From contig CAWJWJ010000002.1 in the NCBI GenBank assembly GCA_963846575.1, positions 2,464,001 to 2,528,000 on the forward strand: DNA of 64,000 bases. The letters run 5' to 3'. The first letter of the stretch is position 1; every line of letters starts with the position of its first letter. Below the pieces are notes generated by a model that was given only the letters and a program-made list of their open reading frames with translations, was not told where the DNA came from and did not search any database. Both the position numbers and the translations under genes were made by a program. Source of the DNA: an uncultured Nitrospiraceae bacterium (GTDB taxonomy: Bacteria > Nitrospirota > Nitrospiria > Nitrospirales > Nitrospiraceae). This document shows, one piece after another, positions 39,648 to 48,949 of the stretch.

Positions 39648-41027
39648 TCACAATTTCACTGGATTAGACGAACGTTTCGGATGTGTGATAATCCGTGCAA
39701 TCGATCCTCCCGCCGTGGCTCGGACGGCATCGTCCTCATCGTGCAAAGCCTCCATCAAGATCGGCAGGACTTCAGCCCCTCCGATTTGCCCCAGCGCTCG
39801 GGCTGCGGCTATTCTGGGACGAGGGATTGGATCCTTCAACATGCCGGCAAGAAATGCGATGCCGGCCTTCGCGCTGGCACCATGAGCCCGACCCACTGCC
39901 TTACCTGCGGCGGAACGTGTTCCCGGATCGGTATTCTGCGCCAACTGATACAACTGAGTCCCGACGGCCTCGAATGGCTCACCCAGCCTCAATAGCGCTG
40001 ACACGACGGCAGCCTTGACGACCGGATTCGAATCATTCAATGCCTTTCTCAGGGCGACGCGGGCCTCCGGCGAACCCAGTTCTCCCAAACTGATCGCCGC
40101 CGAGGTCCTGACCGCAGCTATTTTGTCCTCGAGCGCATGCTCAACCGCTGGAATGCCCTGCACGTTGCCGAAATCTCCCAGGGCAGATGCAGCGGCCCCC
40201 CGCACAGATGGTTGTGTATGGGTCGCGGCTTCCAACAGTATCTCAAGTCCCCGCGAGTCCCTCAGTTCCCCGATCAACCGCAGCGCGGTGGCTCGCTCTT
40301 CTGGGTTTTGCGCCAATGCAGCCTGTCGAACCGTTTCCCACTTCGCCTTCTGCCCCATCTGGTAAAGCGCCCCGGCGGCGGCCAGCCGCACAGCCGGCTG
40401 CTCGTCCTTGAAGGCCTCCTCCAGCAACGGTATCACCGACCGATCGCCGTGTTTCCCCAGCACCTTTAGTACAGTCGCCTTCACCAAACCAGCCTGGTCC
40501 TCCAGGGCTTGGCGGAGTCGAGGCGAACGCCGGCCTGCTTCGAGTTTCCCAAGCGCCTCCGCGACTAGCGCTCGCACCAGGCCAGAACCATCACTCAATC
40601 CATCTTCCAGGTAGGGGATAGTTTCGGATGAATCCACATCCTTAAGAGCCGTATAGGCTGCGCCACGCATCTGTTCCCGCATATCTTTCACAAGAATCAC
40701 GACAAACCCTAGGGCGACTGCTTTCAGCAATCCCGGTTCCTCCTGCGTGACTTGCTCATACTCAGCTAGCGCCTCTTTCGGTTTGCCCACATGGATGAGT
40801 GAATGAATCTTCAGCCGCCTGGTTTCCTGTTGAGGTCCCTTCTCCGCGACAATCTGCTCGATGAGGTCCAGCGCCTCCTGATACTGTTTTCTGTCGAACG
40901 CCGCTTGCGCCTCCGTCACTGTTCGTGCCGAGGCGATTAATGGCCAGAGCACCACCAGCGCCACCAACAGAAGCGACAAGAGCATCCATCCATACGCCCT
41001 CGGAGTCGTTTTCAGTCGAGTCTTCAA
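39648..41027 (-). CDS. Exported HEAT-repeat protein
   Basis: Signal/TM followed by many L.D....VR..AA.ALG repeats. Confidence 0.88.
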   Translation of the reverse strand: MKTRLKTTPRAYGWMLLSLLLVALVVLWPLIASARTVTEAQAAFDRKQYQEALDLIEQIVAEKGPQQETRRLKIHSLIHVGKPKEALAEYEQVTQEEPGLLKAVALGFVVILVKDMREQMRGAAYTALKDVDSSETIPYLEDGLSDGSGLVRALVAEALGKLEAGRRSPRLRQALEDQAGLVKATVLKVLGKHGDRSVIPLLEEAFKDEQPAVRLAAAGALYQMGQKAKWETVRQAALAQNPEERATALRLIGELRDSRGLEILLEAATHTQPSVRGAAASALGDFGNVQGIPAVEHALEDKIAAVRTSAAISLGELGSPEARVALRKALNDSNPVVKAAVVSALLRLGEPFEAVGTQLYQLAQNTDPGTRSAAGKAVGRAHGASAKAGIAFLAGMLKDPIPRPRIAAARALGQIGGAEVLPILMEALHDEDDAVRATAGGSIARIITHPKRSSNPVKL

Positions 41028-41063
41028 TCGTATGACCTTTCCCGGTACTCCGCTTCTGGCGCC

Positions 41064-41843
41064 CTACCCTCGTTCCTGCAGAGTGGACCCCGGAACCCAA
41101 CGTCTATATCCAGCGGGTTCATCAAAATAGTAGTCAGGCTGGGGAGAAAAACGGATACGCAGATATTCAATGGACCATTCCCGGTCCTGGCTCACCAGTT
41201 TCAAAACGACACCCGTCTCGGTATCCACCCATTCGTAAAATCGTTCCTTCCGGCCGTGATGATCAGCCCGCACCTCATAGAGCTTTGACGCACGGCCGAT
41301 CGTCGTGGCATCACCCACCAGAATTCTGCCGGTCTCTCCAGGAAGAGTAGGCTCAATGGGCAGGATGTCTTCGGACTTGACAGGCACCGCAAGAATTTCT
41401 CGACGCTGCGCCAACAAAAACCAGGATTCCTGTTTGTCCAGACGAATAATTTCTATGCTGGAATAACCGAGTTCTGTCTTCACCGCATACTTGTACTCCA
41501 AACGAAGCCGATCGCCCTTGGCGAAGACCTGGGCTTCGAAGCGACGCGCTCCCACATGCTTGACCAGGGAAGCCGAAAACTCTGTCTGCCTGGGAGACGG
41601 CGGCCTGTCTAGGGCCGCAGACGCAAGTCCAGCGTTGAGACAGAGACTCAGCAGCAGGCATCCTGCGACAACCTCCCGGGGAAGGCCGATCCCTGCACGT
41701 CTAGTGTTGATGCTCCACCAGTGGCTGAATCTCAATGTGGTGTCCAAGAGATTCCAGACCGAAACGCGGGTTATCCATGACTTTATAGGCCGTACGGTTC
41801 CCCTTCGGGGCCGGGAGTTCAACCTGTTCAGTCGTCGAGCCAT
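41064..41843 (-). CDS. Exported DUF4412/LolA-fold-like protein (true start uncertain, probably near 41700)
   Basis: Signal-like LLLSLCLNAGLASA, then FSASLV, IIRLDK, IGRASKLYEV, WVDTETG and FDEPAGY. Confidence 0.65.
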   Translation of the reverse strand: MARRLNRLNSRPRRGTVRPIKSWITRVSVWNLLDTTLRFSHWWSINTRRAGIGLPREVVAGCLLLSLCLNAGLASAALDRPPSPRQTEFSASLVKHVGARRFEAQVFAKGDRLRLEYKYAVKTELGYSSIEIIRLDKQESWFLLAQRREILAVPVKSEDILPIEPTLPGETGRILVGDATTIGRASKLYEVRADHHGRKERFYEWVDTETGVVLKLVSQDREWSIEYLRIRFSPQPDYYFDEPAGYRRWVPGSTLQERG

Positions 41844-42633
41844 CCGGAGCCACTGTTACAGTCCGCGTCACACCGGGCCCGGACTGCGGATGCCACACCA
41901 CCAGCTTATAGGTTCCTGGCGGCACGTCCTCAATGCTAAATCTGCCCTGATCATCCGTCACTGCATAGTACGGATTGTTGACGGCCATGGCCCAACTCTC
42001 CATATAGGCGTGAAACCCGCACTGCATGTAAAAAGTGCGCCGCCCCTTGTTCAGATAAATAGGCCCCACTAAAGATTTGCCGGGCGCGTGGTTATGAATG
42101 GCGTGCAGATCGCCCCGACGGTGCTGCTGGTTCAAGGTCAAGGGCGTATTGAACAACACGCGCGCTCCCGCTTCCGGGGATGTTTCATATCCTTGAATGT
42201 CGTGCATGACCGGGTCCATATTCACCACTTCAACCGCATGTCCATTGCGTACGATCGTAACCCAGGGCTGAAACATGCAATCACGCGCCTCAATGAGAGG
42301 AACTGACAGGTCAAATGGCTTGCCGGCCTCTACTCCTTCAAGTGTCACAATTGCATTCTTCAGTCCCCCCTCGGAATTGACCGTGAAGTCGTGCAGCAAC
42401 CGCCATCCTTTCCCGTTTGAGATCCGACCGCAGTAGGCGGGATCGGGAAAGGTGATCAGGTTAAACCCCTTCGGCTCCGGGACTTCCCCGGACAGGATCA
42501 CTCGACCGTCGAGCGTACCCCCGTGCTGGACGTCAATGACGTCGTAGGCACCGACCGTCGGAACGAGAGGACAGAGCCAGGCTGTGAACGCAAACGCGGC
42601 CATACGAAGCATGTGTGATAGAGTGAACCTCAT
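41701..42633 (-). CDS. Exported carboxypeptidase-regulatory-like/cupredoxin-like protein (copy 2)
   Basis: Signal peptide, NMDPVMHD, CGFHAYM and DVPPGTY.VVWHP. Start MRFT at 42633. Confidence 0.8.
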   Translation of the reverse strand: MRFTLSHMLRMAAFAFTAWLCPLVPTVGAYDVIDVQHGGTLDGRVILSGEVPEPKGFNLITFPDPAYCGRISNGKGWRLLHDFTVNSEGGLKNAIVTLEGVEAGKPFDLSVPLIEARDCMFQPWVTIVRNGHAVEVVNMDPVMHDIQGYETSPEAGARVLFNTPLTLNQQHRRGDLHAIHNHAPGKSLVGPIYLNKGRRTFYMQCGFHAYMESWAMAVNNPYYAVTDDQGRFSIEDVPPGTYKLVVWHPQSGPGVTRTVTVAPDGSTTEQVELPAPKGNRTAYKVMDNPRFGLESLGHHIEIQPLVEHQH

Positions 42634-42658
42634 AAGTCCCCCATAGTGGTGCGCTGGC

Positions 42659-43600
42659 TTACGGATTTTGAACTTGCAAGGTCGGCCGAATGTCGACGAC
42701 CTTACCGAGGGATTCTGGTCCGTAGTGTGGATTCTCGGCGATCTCGTGGGCACTTCGCCGCCCTGTCGGAGCCTCGAACGAAAAATCGACCGTGGAGACG
42801 CCTTTCTCAGTAACAGTCACCCTCTTCTGCAGAATGGTTCCAACACCGGGATGCCACGCCAAAAGGGTATACTCGCCGGGAGGCACATCGGTCAGCGTAA
42901 AGGCTCCGCCCTCACCAGTCATGGCATAGTAGGGATTATCGACCGCAAATCCCCAGCTTTCCATGTAGGCATGAAATCCGCACTGCATGACGAACATTCT
43001 TCTCCCTTTGGTCATATGGATGGTTTCCTTCACCGGTTGCCCGGGGAGATGCTCATGGCTCTCTGCATTCACCCGTCGCGTGTGGTGGGGATTCATCGGC
43101 AGCGGAGTATTGAACAGCACCCTCGGGCCGAGTTCGGACGTTTCATAGGCCTGAATGTCGTGCATCACGGGATCCATGTTCGTCACGACCACGTCAGACC
43201 CATTTTTCACGACCGTGACGAAGGGAAGAAATCGACAATCGCGGGCCTCAATCGTCAACGGTTCGAAGCTGAAGGGCTTCCCCTTCGTCGCATCAGCCAG
43301 CAAGACCACCGCATCCTTCAGTCCATCGCCTGCCGTCATAGAAAATTCATCGAGGATCCGCCAACCCGTTCCGGTTGAAATCCTGCCGCAATAGACCGGG
43401 TCAGGAAACGTGATCAGGTTATATCCCTTCGGAGTGGGCTTCCCCCCTGTCATTGTGACAGTACCCGTAACACTCCCGCCATCCGTGACCGCGATCTCTT
43501 CATAGGCCCATAAGGGAGACCAACAGACAGCGACGGTCCAAAACATGGCAAGACCAACGGATCGCATGACGTCCCTCCAAGCAAGCCGAACAATGGCCAA
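42659..43600 (-). CDS. Exported carboxypeptidase-regulatory-like/cupredoxin-like protein (copy 3)
   Basis: Tandem paralog of copy 2 (NLITFPDP.YCGRIS, NMDPVMHDIQ, CGFHAYMESW). Confidence 0.8.
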   Translation of the reverse strand: MAIVRLAWRDVMRSVGLAMFWTVAVCWSPLWAYEEIAVTDGGSVTGTVTMTGGKPTPKGYNLITFPDPVYCGRISTGTGWRILDEFSMTAGDGLKDAVVLLADATKGKPFSFEPLTIEARDCRFLPFVTVVKNGSDVVVTNMDPVMHDIQAYETSELGPRVLFNTPLPMNPHHTRRVNAESHEHLPGQPVKETIHMTKGRRMFVMQCGFHAYMESWGFAVDNPYYAMTGEGGAFTLTDVPPGEYTLLAWHPGVGTILQKRVTVTEKGVSTVDFSFEAPTGRRSAHEIAENPHYGPESLGKVVDIRPTLQVQNP

Positions 43601-43661
43601 TAGAAGCAGTGTCCCGAAGGTGATTGGACACTTTTTTCATCATACACAATCAAGCCGCCAT

Positions 43662-43694
43662 AACAAAAGGGGGGAGCCCTTTCAGGCTCCCCCC
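43662..43694 (-). terminator. Rho-independent terminator after the multicopper oxidase
   Basis: Minus strand reads ggggggagcct-gaaa-gggctcccccc followed by ttttgtt. Confidence 0.82.
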
Positions 43695-43723
43695 TCCCGC
43701 GCATCTCTTGCGAGATTGACTAC

Positions 43724-46700
43724 TTACTTTGCCGCAACAGGAACCGCTTGAACAGTCGGCTGTTCAACCGCGGCACTCTTCGCGCCAGCACTTGCTCCCG
43801 CCAATGGCAACAATCGTGTATCGCCGGACGGCAATACCCTGACATAGCCCCACTGGCCGGACTGCGAGTACGGCAACCGCTGATTGCTATACACATAGTC
43901 ACCAGGCAGACGGTAGGGACCACCTGCCGAGGAGATGAACGCGTCGAGCACTTCTGAACCGGAGTATTCGACCACACTGATTTGATCGGCTCCTCGCATG
44001 AACGGCTCGATCGGCCATTCGTGCTTCTCTACGCTGAACATCCCGTTCTGCTCATTGCTGACACCCAGCACATGGATCCGTACCGGGTCTCCGGCATGGG
44101 TCTCGATGATGGGGGTCGCCGGATCCTCAGGCTTGTCCGCTTTGCAAGGTTGGAACACCTTGCCCAACGAACAGCCCTGCTCTTCACGGAACTTGTAGGG
44201 TTCGGACCGGTAGTTCACACCGGTCAAACCAGCCACATTCTGGACGTACGGCATAAAGCTGGTGCCGATGATGTTGTCCTCGTCCTGGAAGAACAAGGCC
44301 ACATCGCGATAGTTGGCGCGCAGTTCATTGCCTGGCACTGAACGGTCGATGATCACATCGGCTGCCCAGGCGTTCTTATTGGAAAGGTCCGCACCGGTCT
44401 TGGGATCACGATATTTCGATCCCTTCGGACCGACGACAACAGCGCCGAACAACCCGTTCCGTGGATTGGTCATCACATTCCCCCAATCCCACACCAATGA
44501 CGTCGTCTCCCCATTGAACGGATCTGCATAATACGTGTAATCGCGCTCACCTCCTGGGGCAATGGTCTGATCACCGGGGTTATTGCCCACGTTCGCACCC
44601 AACGAATCCTTGGGATCGAAGGCCAAACCGATTGCAGAGAAGGAGGCTCTGCTTTCCTTCATTTTGTTTTTCAGATGCACCTTCACGCAATCACCGGTAT
44701 TCACACGGAGCGTCAGCGGCATCGGATGCGTTCCGGCTGCCACCTTGGCCGTGTCCTCCTCCAAAGCATAGATCTTGGCTTCGGAATTGGTCATGAGGAT
44801 CTTGCGTTCAAAGTCCACCTCGATTTCTTCCGGCGCATTCGCATTGAACTTCATCCCCGGATAGTCCATCGCGACGACGTTGAAGGATTTCACCGGAGCG
44901 TCAGCAGGACATATCGGTAGAGTTTTCGGAATATCCCCCTTAAGCGAATACCCAGCAGGCAGTTTCTTCAGATCAGCCTGCTCTTTATCCAGCACGCGAA
45001 TGATTCCCCAGCCGCCCTCTGAAAACTTCGAGGATCGACCGTTGAAGTGAATGTAGTCACCGGCCTGGTGACGCGACCCACCTGCTGCAGGAACCACCAG
45101 GTCGTACCGCTCGGCGATGCCGATATGAATTGAGTTCTTCCGATTGGCATCTGATGCGTATCGCTCCGTCCAGAACGTATGGCCGGACAGGGTCCAGACC
45201 ATCGATTCATTCATGAGCGTGTGCAGCAGCCGGAACACCATCGTGTCTCCGACATAGGCCCGCAAGGTCGGCGTGTACGGATCGCCGTGAACCTGGCTGC
45301 TGAATGCCTGTGACACATCTGGGTTGGTCGCCAACCGCTGCGCGATCGGTGCCGCCCTGAAGTTCAGGCCGCTCCCGGTCGTATGAGTCCCACCATTCAG
45401 AAACGGCATGGGGGTCATGTAGATTTTCTCGGGCATCATAAAGGATACGGTTTTGCCTGCCTCGAGCGCCACTTCGATCGGCTGCCCTGGAGGATTACCG
45501 GCCGTCACCACGTTCACCGTGTGCGGCACGGTGTCATGCACTTGCACCATCAGCTCACGGAAGCTGTTGTTCACGCCATGACCAACCGGCTCGTTCGTGT
45601 GAATGTCCGCGATCGGACCGCTGCGGATTAACTTCCCGGTCTTCGGATCATGGTAGGTCGATCCAACCGGCTCCGCGATGAAGGTTCCGAACCCACCGTG
45701 CGGCCACGTGGTCGCACCAAACGCGTGGTCGTGCCAGAACACCGTCCCCACGTCCGCATCGACCCAGAACCGCTGCCGCACGAACTCCACTGTCACGATA
45801 TCGTTGACCGGGTGATCATGCTTCAGACCCTTGGCCAGCGTGATCGTATTGCCCTTGATGGCCTTGATGCGGGAAAGTTCATTACCTTTCACATTGTCGG
45901 CCCCAACGAGGATGAGGGTCCCAACATGGTACTGCTTGGCATTTTTCACGGTAATGCTCGTCGCACCCTTCTTAGCCGCGGCGCGTAAAGACCGTGTTCA
46001 TCGGGACAGGCAGTCCCTTCGGATTCTTCTTTTCCAGCATCGTGAACGGACGCACCGACTGTTCATAGGAGAACCCGGTGATCACACCGTCTGACGCTTG
46101 GTTATCGAACTGCAAGAAATGCCAGTGGGTATTGATCTTCGACGACTGGAAGTTGGTGTAGTCGTCGTCATCCCACTCGCTGGTCAAAGTCCAGTCCACG
46201 CAATCATAAATATTGCCGCGAACCACCAGCGGATACTTGAGATCATCGTTTTTCCGGACTTCGGCTTCTTCTTCATGCAAGACATAGATCAAGCCGTTCG
46301 GATCAACAACCGGCGGTTCCTTGCCTGTTTTCTTGGCAATGGTGATCGGCAGCTTGATGAAGTGAACATTGAAGCTCTTCTGTCCGGCGTTTTCAGGGCA
46401 GAGACTCCAATTCCCGTTCTCGCCTGGTATTGCCTGCTCAACGCTTTCCTCGCCATTGGCCTCCCGACGGATCATTTCCAGCCAGGGCGCGCCCACATGG
46501 TTCGGGGAGAACATCACGCGCTTCCCGAAATGCGGGGTAAGGTGCGGCCAGGCAACCTTACCTGTCAAAGGCTCGAAGGTGATCGGATGCCGTTTGCCTG
46601 GATGAGTCGACTTGTATTTAGGATTGTCGATCGTGCTTTCAGGCTCGCTCATGGCACGGGTACCTTCCCAGGCCCAAGGAAGAACCGTGGCGTCGTACGA

Positions 46701-48590
46701 CACAATCTGACCCTTCTCGTCATCCTTGTGTCCCGGCTTACCCATGGTCGGGAGCTGCATCTCAACCCAGTCCTTGATGTTGATGGTGGCTGGGTTTGAC
46801 TTCCAGTCACTCTTGCCCTTCTCGACGATCTTGAAGGACTTGCCGAACCAATCCACGGTCTGACCCACTAATTTGTCCGAGGTGATCGGAGCACGGATGC
46901 GGCCCTTCCGATCAGGCAATTCGCGCAAATCCGGCATGACGTCATTGCGCATGTCGCCCTGCTGAAGCGTGTTGTAGACCCTCCAGTAGCCCCACATTCC
47001 TGCGACATAGTGGTGCGCCACGTGGCAATGGAAGAGAAAGTCGCCAGCCAGCTGCTGACAGAGGCCGGAGCCGCACTCGGTTTCGAGATCCAACGCTTCG
47101 GACGGACCGATCACTTCAACGTCAACCCGGTCGCTTTTCGCACGGATCACCGGATACTTCACCGGTCCGTTGACGGCGGTGGTCCACAAGTTCATGTCAT
47201 CGATCGCGCGCGGGCTTCGCGGCCACCGGATCGTGCCGCCGTGGGGATGGTGGCTGTGGAATACTTCGGATCCACCATGCACCAGTCGGAACTTCGCCGG
47301 GTCGCCCATGTAGGAACGGGGAATCGTCGGGGACGCGTCGCCGAAGGTATAGGAGCTATACCCCATGGACTCATCTTCAAAGCCGAAATATTCGTGTTGA
47401 ACATGCATGTTGTTGATACCGAAAGGCTCGCTGCGATAATTGATCGCACGGCCACCCGGACGATAGGCGTCCGTCAGCGGATCACGCTGTGGCAGGAAGT
47501 CGCCCTTCTTATTGACCGGGCGGAAAGCCTCGTCACCGACCTCGTGATACATCAGAACGAATTCGCGAAAGTCAGGTCCCGTCCCGTTCTTGATGATGAC
47601 CTGCCACCCGCTGGCGGCGGGGGTGGGATCACCCGTGCCCAATGGTTCGAAATATTCAGAGCCGCGCGGCTCGACGATGAACGAACCGAAGAGTCCCATC
47701 ACCGTCAATTCGCGGTCATTGGCGAACGTATGGAACTGCCGGACGCCCTCCTGCGTGCTCGGATGGATGTACCACTCAAACTCCCCGCTCTTCTCAGCCG
47801 GCACGATGCTGTCGGAGTTGGTCGTGGCGGCCGGGGCACCGGTTGCACTGACGACCATGCTGGAGCCGTGAATGTGCAGACTGACATCCTCGCCACCTTC
47901 CAGCTTATTGCTCAGCTTAATCTTGAGGCAATCTCCCTGGTTGGCTCGAATTGCCAATGGTTGAATCCACTGGGCCTGCACACCTGGAATCACTGCGCCC
48001 GGATCGAAACCGTCTACCTCGCGCGCCGTGCGGTTCTTTTCTTCCTCCGCGCGGACCTTTTCGAGATTCTCATCCAGCGTGTACATGTAACCGGGATAGA
48101 AATCGAGCCACTGGTTGAGGGTGATTTCGACGTTAATCGCGGAGATGTTGTACTGCCTCACCGGAGCGGTAGCCGGACACTTGCCGCCATTGTTCATTGC
48201 CACCGGTTCCACTCGCGGATCGGACATCAAGAGGAGGTCCTGGCCGCCTGCTCCATACTGGTGCATCATGGTCTGGGTGTTGAACATACCCGTATTGACC
48301 TGCTGCACCTGCGGATCTTGGGCCAGATGGTCCATGATGCGCTGATGTTGCTGTTCCACCATGGCAGAACGCTCGGACTTGCCAACGATCGCATCTTCGA
48401 CGATCGTTTGCCCCTTCAGCTGTTGTGCCCATGTGGGTAAATTATGCGACATCGCCGTCTGTTGCGGCGCCACATGATCCGCATGCGACTGGTTCTCAGC
48501 CGACGCGGCCAGCGGCAGACACACGAGCGCACCACCAGCGATGACGGTGAGCGCGCGCGTTGTGACACGGGTTAACCAATGACGATCCAT
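43724..48590 (-). CDS. Large exported multicopper oxidase (MnxG-like, about 1621 aa repaired), split by a +1 frameshift at about 45983-45989
   Basis: Cu motifs HIHG, HSHHPHG, HCHVAHHYVAGM and HWH lie in the 872 aa ORF, and WHDH lies in the 741 aa ORF. Removing one base joins PMNTV to AAAKKGATSITVKNAK. Confidence 0.88.
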
Positions 48591-48750
48591 GGACCGGCCT
48601 CCTTGGATAGAGTTGAGAGAAGGATTGATAAAAACGTATAGCCGTTACAGGCGGAATGAAAAAAATCCACGACGACCAATGGGCGTGCTTCAGCGTGACA
48701 TTCCGCGTGTTATTCGACGCAGAGCTTTACCTCTGAGAAACAAGAGCCGG

Positions 48751-48779
48751 AGATTACTGAAGTCCATCTTCTCTGTCAA
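48751..48779 (-). promoter_or_regulatory. sigma70 promoter TTGACA-N17-TAATCT for the MCO gene
   Basis: On the + strand, agatta is at 48751-48756 and tgtcaa at 48774-48779. Confidence 0.65.
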
Positions 48780-48949
48780 CCCCCAACACTGTTCCTCTTG
48801 CCTGATTCCGACCTGGCTCCTCTTCGGAAAACTATCCTACCATGCCGGGCCTCTCTTTTGGGATGACCAGCGAAGGAGTCCACATGGTCGGCTGCCGCGA
48901 GGAAGTTCGTTCCATTGTTACTGTTCTGCTGTTTGAGGCATAATGACGC

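Noticed and set aside
41353..41661. 102 aa alternative-frame ORF with a good GGAGG RBS
   Set aside because: It lies inside the DUF4412-like gene and has no motif. A further frameshift near that gene's start cannot be excluded but is unsupported.
43724..45949. The 741 aa ORF as an independent second MCO gene
   Set aside because: It has no signal peptide or clear RBS, and its WHDH motif completes a domain begun in the upstream ORF.
27780..45989. Programmed ribosomal frameshifting or phase variation at the split genes
   Set aside because: There are no slippery heptamers or long homopolymers (runs are 3 nt or fewer). Sequencing error is the simpler explanation.
47010..48440. Long antisense ORFs (476 aa here, also 15733-16797, 36045-36950, 49031-49804)
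   Set aside because: They are shadow frames opposite well-supported genes in GC-rich DNA and carry no recognisable motifs.
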